Below are positions 27,055-36,901 of a DNA stretch of 64,000 bases, piece by piece. Position 1 is the stretch's first letter, and each line of letters begins with the position of its first letter. The stretch comes from Candidatus Altiarchaeota archaeon. GTDB taxonomy: Archaea; Altiarchaeota; Altiarchaeia; IMC4; SCGC-AAA252-I15. The position numbers and the translations under genes were made by a program. The notes beneath the pieces were generated by a model, which did no database searches, was not told where the DNA came from, and saw nothing but the letters and a program-made list of their open reading frames with translations. The DNA is taken from contig JBDRLL010000006.1 of the NCBI GenBank assembly GCA_043813075.1, positions 1-64,000 on the forward strand, written 5' to 3'.

Positions 27055-27966
27055 ATGATTGATGGCGGGGTGAGGGAACTCCTCGAGAAACAGGGTTACC
27101 GGGTTGCGGGAGATCATGGCGCAGTCAAACTATGCACGTGGCTGAGGAAGAGTATACGTGGGGAAGGCCACTGCTACAAGCAACAGTTCTATGGTATAGA
27201 AAGCCACCGATGCCTCCAGATGACTCCATCCGCAGCATGGTGCACTCACAACTGCATATTCTGCTGGAGGAATACGGAGGCCACTCTGGGGACAGAGATG
27301 ACGTCGTGGGATGAGCCGGAGAAGCTGATTGACGAGGCTGTGGAACGCCAGAGGGAGCTCGTATCAGGGTTCGGACACCTGAAGAGCGAGGAGAGCAGGA
27401 AAAAGTATCTGGAAGCAAGGAATCCGAGGCACGCGGCCATAAGCCTGGCTGGGGAGCCGACATTGTACCCGATGCTGGGGGGTTTGATAGGCGAGTTCCA
27501 TCGTAGGGGTTTAACCACATACCTTGTGACCAATGGGACCAGGCCTGATGTTATCGCTGGCTTGGATGAGCTTCCGACGCAATTGTACATGTCCCTCATA
27601 GCACCCAACAGGGAGGTCTATAGGAGGACTTGCCTTCCCATAATAGATGACGGGTGGGAGAGCATCAACAGGACTCTTGAGTTGTTCCCGAGCCTGGACA
27701 CCAGGAAGGTGCTGAGGATTACCCTAGTTAAGGGCTACAATATGACAGGCGCTAATGAGTACGCGAAGCTGATTGAGAAAGCGCAGCCGGATTATGTTGA
27801 AGCTAAGGCGTACATGTTTGTGGGGGCCAGCAGGAACCGTCTTACGCTAGACAACATGCCCTCCAACCCGGAGGTCATGGACTTCGCCGCCCAGATTGCG
27901 GGAGAAACAGGATACATCATAAAGGATAGGAAGGAGGACAGTAGGGTGGTGCTGCTCGCCAGGTAG
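27055..27966 (+). CDS. taw1: 4-demethylwyosine synthase, radical SAM
   Basis: VKLCTW, CYKQQFYGIESHRCLQMTP, CTHNCIFCWR, AISLAGEPTLYP. Confidence 0.96.
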   Translation: MIDGGVRELLEKQGYRVAGDHGAVKLCTWLRKSIRGEGHCYKQQFYGIESHRCLQMTPSAAWCTHNCIFCWRNTEATLGTEMTSWDEPEKLIDEAVERQRELVSGFGHLKSEESRKKYLEARNPRHAAISLAGEPTLYPMLGGLIGEFHRRGLTTYLVTNGTRPDVIAGLDELPTQLYMSLIAPNREVYRRTCLPIIDDGWESINRTLELFPSLDTRKVLRITLVKGYNMTGANEYAKLIEKAQPDYVEAKAYMFVGASRNRLTLDNMPSNPEVMDFAAQIAGETGYIIKDRKEDSRVVLLAR

Positions 27967-27974
27967 ATTATTGC

Positions 27975-28280
27975 CTATCGTATTTCCCCGAAGTCTCGGA
28001 TTCCGGGTAGTTTTTCTCTAGGAAGCGCTTCAACCCACCGGGTCACCGTTTCGGCATCAGTTTTACGCAGAACCTTACTAACGTTATGGGCTGCACGCTC
28101 CCTCGACTCGTCTGGGCTAAGACGTGCTTCACGCTGTATCGCAAGACGGTATTGACTGAAGAAGCCGCGTATCTCAACAGGATCCTCCAGCTCTCTCGCA
28201 GCAGTGAAGACTGGGTGGGCGTTATCACGCCTAGACTTTGCCATCACGTTAGCCCATACTTCAGGCGGCTTACGTGCCAT
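27975..28280 (-). CDS. Hypothetical protein
   Basis: 101-aa ORF filling the gap, AT-rich region upstream; no recognised motif. Confidence 0.5.
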   Translation of the reverse strand: MARKPPEVWANVMAKSRRDNAHPVFTAARELEDPVEIRGFFSQYRLAIQREARLSPDESRERAAHNVSKVLRKTDAETVTRWVEALPREKLPGIRDFGEIR

Positions 28281-28345
28281 ACCATAATATCTAGGGGATG
28301 GGGGATATTAAAATTACTGTCTCTCAGTCAGGCTCAACATTCATT

Positions 28346-28858
28346 TTAGCACATCAATGACTGTATCTCCTCGTGCATGCGGCGTATACGGTCTACCGAC
28401 GGGTGGTCTGGGCCAAGCCGTTGCCTGAATTTCTCCAGTGATTCGTCTATGGTTATCTCTTTTTCGCCGTCAACGAGCTTGTCGGCGTAGCAGATTATCT
28501 TCTCCTCCAGGGTCTCTGGGATGTAGTCCCCGGAGGGCAGTCCCAGCTCAGCAGCCTCATTCCTGTCTATGCCGCCGCCCAGATGGTTCCTGCACACCCT
28601 AGCATATTCCGGATGGTCCCTGAGTATATCAGAGCCTTCTATGCCGTGGCGTATGCCGTGGGTGACTCCCCTGCCGATGTCATGGAGCAGTGCGGCCGTC
28701 TCCACGAAATCCACGTCCACTTTATGGCCTGAAGACCTTATTTTCTCTGCGATTCTCTTGGCCAGGCGGGATACTGTCTTGCAGTGGGCTATGACGTTTT
28801 CCGGGCAGCTGGCTTTTAACAGTATTATGGCTTCTTCCGGGTGGATGTTGTCGTTCAT
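28346..28858 (-). CDS. HD-domain protein (TIGR00295-like)
   Basis: ALLHDIGR, HGIEG, HLGGG, PETLEEKIICYADKL; adjacent to tfe. Confidence 0.88.
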   Translation of the reverse strand: MNDNIHPEEAIILLKASCPENVIAHCKTVSRLAKRIAEKIRSSGHKVDVDFVETAALLHDIGRGVTHGIRHGIEGSDILRDHPEYARVCRNHLGGGIDRNEAAELGLPSGDYIPETLEEKIICYADKLVDGEKEITIDESLEKFRQRLGPDHPSVDRIRRMHEEIQSLMC

Positions 28859-29358
28859 GCTATCTGCTGGAGTAGGCTGTTCACGCGGGCTATTTCAGCG
28901 ACAAGACTGTCTATGTGCTCGCTGTTGTCGACTTCAGAGTACTGTTCACTACACTTCCGGCATATGAAGCTGGCTTCCATTGCGATCTCGTATGGGACGC
29001 GCTCGCACTCGCACTGGAATGTGATGCTCCCGGTCTCGTCCTTCAGCGCCGAGTTAAGCTCATCTATGCGCTTGCTCAGATAGCTGGATATGAAGGAGTC
29101 TATCTTATCCTCCCGCCTGTTCCACAGGTAGGTGTACCATCCAGTCCGCTTATTCTTGGTCCTCTGGTACTCCACGAGACTGTTCTGATGCAGCTCGTTC
29201 AGTATCGTCCGGACGATCGTGGCCTTCAAATCCAGTTCAGCGGCCACATCTTCATCGTATTTTGGTTTGTCGAGTCGTTTCAGAACATTGAAGTGATCTT
29301 CGCTCAGACTTTCGACGAGAATGTCCTGTACAATATTAGACTTCCACTTAGAAGACAT
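28855..29358 (-). CDS. tfe: Transcription factor E alpha
   Basis: DEDVAAEL, VRTILNEL, TGWYTYLW, Zn ribbon C.C...C..C. Confidence 0.92.
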   Translation of the reverse strand: MSSKWKSNIVQDILVESLSEDHFNVLKRLDKPKYDEDVAAELDLKATIVRTILNELHQNSLVEYQRTKNKRTGWYTYLWNRREDKIDSFISSYLSKRIDELNSALKDETGSITFQCECERVPYEIAMEASFICRKCSEQYSEVDNSEHIDSLVAEIARVNSLLQQIA

Positions 29359-29416
29359 GGACTATTCTACGATATATTAGCTTAAATAATGAATTGAACA
29401 TTGTACTTTTTGGTGT

Positions 29417-30658
29417 TTATGTTGAGGATGATGAGGATGAGGATGTGGATATGACGTATGAACTTGACGTGCTTGATGTGGTGGCTGTGGTGCTGGTAGT
29501 AATGCTCGTCGTAGTGGTGATTATGCAGTTAGGACCGTACAATCCAAGCGAGACCTTGTAGCCTCCCGGACAGTATTCCCTCCCCCAGAAGCTCTCGTTA
29601 TAGCAGTCGACCATGATGTGGTAGGTGCCTGCCATCAGATTACTGACTGCGCAGGACTCGGGCTCGCCCAGGAAACCCAAGTCTATAGGATGCCTAGGGC
29701 AGTCCCATTCAGGCCACTCGTATGGCCATATGCCGTAGTATATGCGGGGGCAGAATTCTGGCGTCCAGTTCACGTACAAGTCATAGTCGCTGTCCGCGTC
29801 AGGCTGCATTATCACCTCGACGTCACAGACACTACCTTCAGGTATTGTGAAGAAGTGGTAGTTGTAATCGTCGCCGTGGGTATTGTACTCCCGTTCACTG
29901 TCCTCAAGCCTGCATCCACCGTACACTGGCGGGCAATCCCAGCAATTCGGGACGGTAGTTGAAGTCGAAGTTGTAGTGGTGCTGGTAGTGGTTGTTGAAG
30001 TGGACGTGGTAGTCGTGGTGGTCGGCGCTGGCCCGAACTCATTCCACGAGACGTCAAACTCCACGGTGGAAAGCTTCTGTCCTGCCGGAACCCGTATGAA
30101 AAACAAGTCTTCAACAATGTCGGGAGGGTCATAAACAAGGTCTAGGTCCCTGTGCAGGATAGGACACCCGCGGATCCTGCACACGTAATCAATGCTCCAG
30201 GTGAAGTTCTCGAGAAGCCATGCCCTAGCAACCCATCCCTCGCGCGGGGTGTCGGCCATGTAGCCGGAAAGCAGGCGGGAGGCGCTAGCCTCATCCCCAG
30301 AATCCTTCTCGCTAGTCCTGGTGCCCCCTGAGTCGTAGATGACTTGGCTGACGCTGACACCAGCAATCTCAAGACGGTACCCCATGTTCGGGGGGACCAT
30401 GTTGTCCAAATACTCTCGAGTCAGATTCCCTGCGCCTGAGACATTGCCGGAAGAGTAGAGGAAACCAATCTCCTCGAGAACACCCTTCTTGTTGAGGGTC
30501 TCGATAGAATCCTGCGCCACGCCATGAGCCTTCTGGAAGGCGGCCTTCTCCACCTTACTGGCCCTGAAGTAATGTAGGCCTATGAATCCAGCCATTATGA
30601 AAAGCACCATGGAGAGCGATATCAACGCATCCCACGTGAGGATATACCCTTTCTTCAT
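29417..30658 (-). CDS. Type IV pilin-like protein with Thr linker, pre-peptidase C-terminal-like domain and Ser/Thr tail
   Basis: MKKG|YILTWDAL plus hydrophobic helix; DSDYDLYV and AGTYHIMV beta-sandwich motifs. Confidence 0.7.
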   Translation of the reverse strand: MKKGYILTWDALISLSMVLFIMAGFIGLHYFRASKVEKAAFQKAHGVAQDSIETLNKKGVLEEIGFLYSSGNVSGAGNLTREYLDNMVPPNMGYRLEIAGVSVSQVIYDSGGTRTSEKDSGDEASASRLLSGYMADTPREGWVARAWLLENFTWSIDYVCRIRGCPILHRDLDLVYDPPDIVEDLFFIRVPAGQKLSTVEFDVSWNEFGPAPTTTTTTSTSTTTTSTTTTSTSTTVPNCWDCPPVYGGCRLEDSEREYNTHGDDYNYHFFTIPEGSVCDVEVIMQPDADSDYDLYVNWTPEFCPRIYYGIWPYEWPEWDCPRHPIDLGFLGEPESCAVSNLMAGTYHIMVDCYNESFWGREYCPGGYKVSLGLYGPNCIITTTTSITTSTTATTSSTSSSYVISTSSSSSSST

Positions 30659-30689
30659 TATCTAAGAAACTATTATCCCTAGCCGTTTA

Positions 30690-32447
30690 TTAGACTACCT
30701 CGGGTTTTGGGTACACTAGTATGACGCGCAGGTATCCTACATCTATGTAGTCTGCGGCAATGCGGCTCCACCTGCCCAACCCGGGGCTGGTTGAATTCTC
30801 CCTGCCTACCGCGTAATAACAGTACCGGCCTTCAGCATACTCCTTCGTGGTCCAGATGTGCTTGCAGTTCTTATCGCCGGGACATATCATCACGTCAGTC
30901 CTCCAGGGGATGTCAGGTGCGTCGGTGAACGGGTTCGTTATCTCCCCCAATTCGAAGTCGTTGGCGGACTTGCCGGAAGGATGAGCGGCATAATCCAGAC
31001 AATCGAACTTAGGCTTACCTATGACACTCGAGAATGGGAAGAATACTCCGTCACTCACGACAAGCTTCTCCATGCCGTCAGTGGCAGTGCCGCTCACGTT
31101 AAGGAAGATTGTCTCATCAACCTTGGCCAGCTTGCCCCAAGAGTCGTTGTATGCCATTATGGTGACAGCCAGGTCACCGTAGATGCACCTGTTGTTGTAG
31201 CAGACTTCACAACCCTCCCAGCAGGTGGAAGAGTCGACGCAATACTCCCCGCAATCACCCTTCTCACATATGTAGGTGGCGGGGTCTCCGTCCACCTCAA
31301 CGGGGTAGACGTCGCAGTAGCGGCAGCCAAGCTCGCATTCCTCGATAGTAGGGTCTTCAGCACTGCAGTTCTTGCCGCAGTCACCCTGCTCGCAGCGGAA
31401 ACCCGCTTGGATTGATGTATTGCAGTAGAGGCATCTTTCCTCGCACTCCTCGTAATAGTCGAACTCGTCGCAAGACGCGCCGCAAGATCCATTCGGCTCG
31501 CACGTGTATACATCACGGCCCAGCCGGTAGTCATACTGCTGCCAGCAGTACTCGCACTCGAACTCCTCCTCGTTAAGCCAGATATCCATCTCACACTCTT
31601 CAGGGAATCCTCTAGGATGCCAGCAAGGCAGTCCGCACGTATCATCCTCCTTCTTCTCCTCGCACTTGCCGCCCGGCCCTGAGACGGAGAGGTTACACCA
31701 CTTGCAGGGATTCGGACCCTCATCCTCGAGATAGTCGCAGTCCTCGTCAGCCTCACAGTATTCATCGCACTTGCCGGATGGAACGCACCTCTGGTCCTGG
31801 TTGCAGTACGGGCACGCGCTATCCTGCATCTCCTCCTCGCATATGATGGAGAAGCTTCCGGGATCAGGGCAGAACATGTAGCATACGGACACCGGCAGGC
31901 TCGTTGTAGTGAGGAACGGCGGGACGCTCCATGGCTCCTCTATGTGGCCGTAGAGCTTGCCCACACTCTCAAGCTCGCTGCCGGAGACTGTGTTTACGTA
32001 GTTGACGACAACGTCCGCGTCATAGTAGTCCCCTATACGGTAATTGTTTTCAATGGACTGGCCTATGGCACAGCTGGATTCTATGACAACTGAGTCCTGT
32101 GGGTTTATCACCACTTCTTCAGCCGGGACTGGAGTGCACTCGACGATGCCGAAAGACACGTTAACCCCGTAGATGGGTATCCTAACGGGAACGTCGCCCT
32201 CATTCTTTACTTTAACGTATATCGAGTTGTTCTGGGCTATAACCCAGTCGACTGGGATGACCTGTGAGAACCCAGCCCAACCCCTCCGCTGGATGAGAGG
32301 CTTTAAAACGCCAGTCTGCCAGAGGAGGACCAGCGTTATGGAGAGGAAAAGGATTACTAGGGAAAACACTAGCAGATTTTCTACAGATATCTGGCCTTTA
32401 AACCCCTTAACCCTATTAGATGAACGCACAAGCATCCTTTTTAACAC
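30690..32447 (-). CDS. Type IV pilin-like protein with tandem Cys-rich repeats
   Basis: FKG|QISVENLL class III signal; repeated CGxxC...C...CxYC units. Confidence 0.75.
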   Translation of the reverse strand: MLKRMLVRSSNRVKGFKGQISVENLLVFSLVILFLSITLVLLWQTGVLKPLIQRRGWAGFSQVIPVDWVIAQNNSIYVKVKNEGDVPVRIPIYGVNVSFGIVECTPVPAEEVVINPQDSVVIESSCAIGQSIENNYRIGDYYDADVVVNYVNTVSGSELESVGKLYGHIEEPWSVPPFLTTTSLPVSVCYMFCPDPGSFSIICEEEMQDSACPYCNQDQRCVPSGKCDEYCEADEDCDYLEDEGPNPCKWCNLSVSGPGGKCEEKKEDDTCGLPCWHPRGFPEECEMDIWLNEEEFECEYCWQQYDYRLGRDVYTCEPNGSCGASCDEFDYYEECEERCLYCNTSIQAGFRCEQGDCGKNCSAEDPTIEECELGCRYCDVYPVEVDGDPATYICEKGDCGEYCVDSSTCWEGCEVCYNNRCIYGDLAVTIMAYNDSWGKLAKVDETIFLNVSGTATDGMEKLVVSDGVFFPFSSVIGKPKFDCLDYAAHPSGKSANDFELGEITNPFTDAPDIPWRTDVMICPGDKNCKHIWTTKEYAEGRYCYYAVGRENSTSPGLGRWSRIAADYIDVGYLRVILVYPKPEVV

Positions 32448-32509
32448 AGATTAATTAATTATTAAAGTCATTCGCAATATTAAAGACATTCAAAAAAGAA
32501 GGTGGTTAA

Positions 32510-33367
32510 ATGAGAAAGATAATACTATCTGCCCTAGCATTGTTCATAATATCAAGCACGTGTTCGGCGACGTTCATACGCATGGATGTGCTATTGAACA
32601 CGCCGCCGTTAATAGAGGAGGACAACTTCCTGATTAACGTCACGGTAACCAACAGCGGCGACGAGCCTGCCCACGACGTTCAGTTAGGCCTTAACCTGCC
32701 TGAAGGATTCACGTCAGATGAGATATACGTTGGCACGCTGAACCCTAACCGGCCTTTCAACGGTTATTTCAAGGTTTCAACCGACAATGTGCTGCCAGGC
32801 AGATATCCCATAATAATGAAGACGCATTACGCTGACGCCAACGCCTACCCGTTCTCTACGATAGCCCCTAAATTCATAGACTTCAAGATGCACTCCAAGT
32901 CCGACACAATGGCGAAGATGGAGAACATCGAGTTGGGGGCTGACGAGGATGAAGGCAGAGACATAAAGCTTACTGTCATAAACAGGGACACCGCACCACA
33001 CACATACTCTGTGAGAATGCACACGCCCAACGAGATTGTGGTGGAGACGATGAGCCAGAGCGTCGACGTGCCCGCCACCGGCGAGAAGGAGGTTTTATTC
33101 AGGGTGAAGCCTTTCGGGGCGATATCGAACAGCGCGTATGTTGTGGCAGCAACCCTGGAATACGAAGACTCTGCGAGTGGGAGCACCATGCACCGTTCAT
33201 TCATAGCCACAGGACTTGTGAAGATAGTTGATGCCGGCCGGATGGATTACATCCCGAACTGGCTGCCCGTAGCAGCACTGATATTACTGATAGCCGTCTT
33301 CGTGTCACTGCAGCTAAAGAAGAGGGCGAGTGGCGGGGATAAGAAGAGGGAGTATAAGGTGGATTAG
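32510..33367 (+). CDS. Secreted Ig-like (CARDB-like) protein with C-terminal TM anchor
   Basis: Signal peptide, VTVTNSGDEPAHDV, PGRYP, TM followed by basic tail. Confidence 0.7.
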   Translation: MRKIILSALALFIISSTCSATFIRMDVLLNTPPLIEEDNFLINVTVTNSGDEPAHDVQLGLNLPEGFTSDEIYVGTLNPNRPFNGYFKVSTDNVLPGRYPIIMKTHYADANAYPFSTIAPKFIDFKMHSKSDTMAKMENIELGADEDEGRDIKLTVINRDTAPHTYSVRMHTPNEIVVETMSQSVDVPATGEKEVLFRVKPFGAISNSAYVVAATLEYEDSASGSTMHRSFIATGLVKIVDAGRMDYIPNWLPVAALILLIAVFVSLQLKKRASGGDKKREYKVD

Positions 33368-33422
33368 GCTAGGGGATCATCACTAAGCCAAAATATTCTA
33401 AGATAATAAAAAAGAATTTGAG

Positions 33423-35726
33423 ATGAGTGGTAAATCAGAGACAAAAGAGAAAAAGACTGCTAAGCACAAGCAGGATAAGAAATTCAAGGTGGACATAAAA
33501 TACGGTGGATATGACCTGAAGTTCAACATAAAGCCAACACCACAACTGATATCCAACATACTCGTATTCCTTATAATATACTGGTACCTGCTCTCCATAT
33601 TCACCCCCAAACTGATGCTGTTGGAGACCATAACAACAGGCGGGGACACGGCCTCACACTACTACCCGACTAAATTCCTCAAGGAAGAGCTCATACCAAA
33701 GGGGCATATAATCGGCTGGCTGCCGGGATGGTACGGTGGTATGCCATTGTTCCAGTTCTATTTCCCAGTCCTATTCGTCCTGATAGCATTCATGAGCTAC
33801 GTGATACCGCTACAGATAGCCTTCAAGATTGTGAGCGCGTTAGGGGTGTTCCTGCTGCCGTTAACCGCGTTCCTTGCCATGAGAGTCATGAAATTCAGGT
33901 ATCCGATGCCCATCATAGCCGCCATATTCACGATGCCGTTCCTATTCATGGAGTCGCACACGATGTGGGGCGGCAACATACCGAGCACGCTAGCTGGAGA
34001 ATTCACTTACGGCTGCAGCATGTCGCTGATGGTGCTGCTGCTTGCAATGATATACAGGGGGCTTGAGGAGGACAAATGGATAATCAGGAACGCTGTTTTC
34101 ATGGCCATAGTCTGCTTGACGCACGTTTACACGATAATATTCACTGTCGCCTCGATACCATACCTTTATTTCACTAGGAACGTCAAGGAGTTAAAAAGGA
34201 GGATAGTGTACTCCCTGAAAGTCTACCCCCTGGCAATCATGCTGACAGGATTCTGGCTTATCCCGCTTCTCGCAAGACACAAGTGGACTGCAGTATACGA
34301 CTTCGTGTGGGACATCACGGAAGAGGTGTTCCCGGTGCTCCTGTATCCGTTCTTCCTTTTCATGATTATTGGGATACACATGATGATCATAAACCAGGAT
34401 AAGAGGGTGGGGTTCATGTTCTTCTCGATAATAGCGTCATTACTGTTGTTCAAGTTCGGGAGCCTGCTTGGCGCCGGAATGGTTGACATAAGGTTCCTCC
34501 CGTTCACATACCTCTACACCCTCCTCATCGCAGCATACGGGATGTACACTTTGGTGAAGAATGTTGAGGGGGCCTGGATTCTGCCGCTCATAATCGTCTT
34601 CCTAACCCTATTTTGGATAAACGAGTACAACGTAAGCGTCCCCAATGAAGGAGTCACCATGGACTTCATAGTGCAGGAACTCAAAAACTTCAGGTATCAT
34701 GGCTTCACACCCTCATGGGTGAAGTGGAACTACGACGGCTTCGAGAGGAAGATGCGGTGGGCAGAGTTCAAGGAGGTGAACGACTACCTGACTGGGACAT
34801 ACAATGACCCTAGAGTAAAGTTCGAGCACAACGACCACCACAACGAGGCGGGAACGGTCAGGGCCTACGAGTCCGTCCCACTCTTCGCTGGAAGGTCGAT
34901 ACTTGAGGGGTTGTACATGCAGTCGATACACACTTCAGTGTTCTCGTTCCTCATTCAGGCAGAAGTCTCAAAACAACAGTCATGCCCCTACTGGCACCGG
35001 TTCCCGTGCACGCATTTTGACATAGAAAACGGGACCAAACACATGCTAATGTTCAACGTGCGGCACATAATAGTCAGGAGCGACATGCTGAAGGAGGCGC
35101 TGCGGGAGAGAGAAGACTACAAGATGGTCTTGGAGACAGACAACCATGAGATATGGGAGCTGACTGATAACACAGGCCATTATGTGACAGTGCCCCAGTA
35201 TGAGCCGGTGCTCTTCAAGACAGACACCTGGCTGAATGACTCATACAACTGGTTCAGGAACATGAGCCTGATAGACACGCCGCTCGTGTTTGTGGAGGAG
35301 ATAGAGCCGGAGGACGCAGTATACTTCAGAAACGTCAAGGAAGATGGGGATTGGAGGGACATCCCGAAGGTGCCATTAGACAATAACTGCAACATAGAGG
35401 AGAAGCTGACTGCGGACGAGATATGGTTCAAGACGGACTGCGTGGGCAAACCACACATAATAAGCGTGTCCTACTACCCTAGCTGGAGGCCGGTCGGGGC
35501 AGATAAAGTGTATCTGATATCGCCTTCATTCATGATGGTAATACCAGAGCAGGAGGAGGTTAGGCTTGTGTACAGTAAGCTTCCGGAGGACTGGATAGGG
35601 CTTTTACTGAGTTTCACTGGATTTTTGACGGTATCCTGTGTCATAGCATACTACGGTAATGGTAGGGTGAGGAAGATGATTGACGGTAGCATGCTGGGTG
35701 ACGCATACAGGAAGTACGCTTCCTAG
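33423..35726 (+). CDS. GT-C-like membrane protein (6-pyruvoyl-tetrahydropterin synthase-related/YfhO-like)
   Basis: GGDTASH, GWLPGWYGGMPLFQFYFP, STLAGEF, SYYPSW; many TMs. Confidence 0.8.
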   Translation: MSGKSETKEKKTAKHKQDKKFKVDIKYGGYDLKFNIKPTPQLISNILVFLIIYWYLLSIFTPKLMLLETITTGGDTASHYYPTKFLKEELIPKGHIIGWLPGWYGGMPLFQFYFPVLFVLIAFMSYVIPLQIAFKIVSALGVFLLPLTAFLAMRVMKFRYPMPIIAAIFTMPFLFMESHTMWGGNIPSTLAGEFTYGCSMSLMVLLLAMIYRGLEEDKWIIRNAVFMAIVCLTHVYTIIFTVASIPYLYFTRNVKELKRRIVYSLKVYPLAIMLTGFWLIPLLARHKWTAVYDFVWDITEEVFPVLLYPFFLFMIIGIHMMIINQDKRVGFMFFSIIASLLLFKFGSLLGAGMVDIRFLPFTYLYTLLIAAYGMYTLVKNVEGAWILPLIIVFLTLFWINEYNVSVPNEGVTMDFIVQELKNFRYHGFTPSWVKWNYDGFERKMRWAEFKEVNDYLTGTYNDPRVKFEHNDHHNEAGTVRAYESVPLFAGRSILEGLYMQSIHTSVFSFLIQAEVSKQQSCPYWHRFPCTHFDIENGTKHMLMFNVRHIIVRSDMLKEALREREDYKMVLETDNHEIWELTDNTGHYVTVPQYEPVLFKTDTWLNDSYNWFRNMSLIDTPLVFVEEIEPEDAVYFRNVKEDGDWRDIPKVPLDNNCNIEEKLTADEIWFKTDCVGKPHIISVSYYPSWRPVGADKVYLISPSFMMVIPEQEEVRLVYSKLPEDWIGLLLSFTGFLTVSCVIAYYGNGRVRKMIDGSMLGDAYRKYAS

Positions 35727-36415
35727 CGGACTTTAAGCCAGAGGGAAACCAGGTTTTTGAAGCGGTAGAATATCTCGTTCACTAGGTTGAATTTGCTTCC
35801 CCTAGTGTCATTGCAGAAGACGGGTATCTCAACAACGCTGCCGCCATCCTTCTTTACGTGATAAACCAGTTCGATCACGTAGGATGAGCCGTGGTCTATG
35901 TCCTTCACGTAGGGGAGTATGTCAGACCTAACCCAACCCTTGGTGCCTATGCTATAGTCGCGGTAGTCCAGCCCCAGCAGCGCTCGGACCAGCTGTATGA
36001 ATACGCCGCTTATGAATGTCCTGTAAGCCTTCCTCTCCTGCTTCCCCAGGTACTTTGAGCCTATGACCACGCTATTATCATCTAGCTTGGAGACGCAGTC
36101 TTTTATGAAGCTGAGGTCTGAAGATAGATCCATGTCGAGGGATACAAGCTTCTCTGAGGATGCTGCGTCAACCATCTTGGTGAAGGCGTAGCCTACGCCA
36201 CGACGGGGTATGAATAGGAACCTGAATCTGCCGGGATACCTTTCCTCGAGAACACGCCCCAATTCCACCGTACGGTCCGTGGAACCGTTGCTGCATACTA
36301 TAACCTCGTATTCGCCAATCTTCGCCTTATCAAGGTATTTTATCAGCTTGCCGGTGTTTTCAACGAGCAGCTCCTCCTCATTGTAGACAGGTATCATAAC
36401 GGAAAAGTCCATCAT
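35723..36415 (-). CDS. GT2 glycosyltransferase
   Basis: MIPVYNEE, NGSTDRT, LDMDLS. Confidence 0.88.
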   Translation of the reverse strand: MMDFSVMIPVYNEEELLVENTGKLIKYLDKAKIGEYEVIVCSNGSTDRTVELGRVLEERYPGRFRFLFIPRRGVGYAFTKMVDAASSEKLVSLDMDLSSDLSFIKDCVSKLDDNSVVIGSKYLGKQERKAYRTFISGVFIQLVRALLGLDYRDYSIGTKGWVRSDILPYVKDIDHGSSYVIELVYHVKKDGGSVVEIPVFCNDTRGSKFNLVNEIFYRFKNLVSLWLKVR

Positions 36416-36454
36416 TAGATTAAATTAAAAGCACAGGCATAATTAAATCTTAAA

Positions 36455-36901
36455 GTGACCGGGAAAAAGGCTAAGAACGCTGGGAAGGGGTTTAGTGCGC
36501 GTGGAAAAGGCATTGCCCATAGGAGACTAGCGTATGCCATTATTGTTATCATAGCGTACTCTCTGCCAGCATACCTGTTGTATGAGAACTACTCGAAGAA
36601 CGACAAGAGCAGTATGGACGGCGGGTGGGGGTACGGCACCGGAGTGTTCGAGGCCCTTGACGAGGATGCGCTGATACTTAGCAGATGGTCGGCTTACACC
36701 CTCCTCAACCACTTCAAGTACGTGGTGTATGATAGGGGGGATGTGACCATACTTTCGAGGCGTAAGATCGACTGGCTTAAGGAGGTTGACAGGAACTATG
36801 GTGAGAAGCCAGTATACTTGACTGAGATGGATGATAAGGTCTCTGAGAAATACGTTCTAGAGAGGGTCGGTGGGATATATCATGTCAAGAAAAGGAAATA
36901 G
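36455..36901 (+). CDS. C-terminal half of a DUF2723/TMEM260-like protein, encoded separately
   Basis: One TM, then ENYSKNDKS..YG..VFEAL.EDALIL..W...L...RGDVTIL...KPVYL, matching the post-TM region of DUF2723 proteins. Confidence 0.65.
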   Translation: MTGKKAKNAGKGFSARGKGIAHRRLAYAIIVIIAYSLPAYLLYENYSKNDKSSMDGGWGYGTGVFEALDEDALILSRWSAYTLLNHFKYVVYDRGDVTILSRRKIDWLKEVDRNYGEKPVYLTEMDDKVSEKYVLERVGGIYHVKKRK

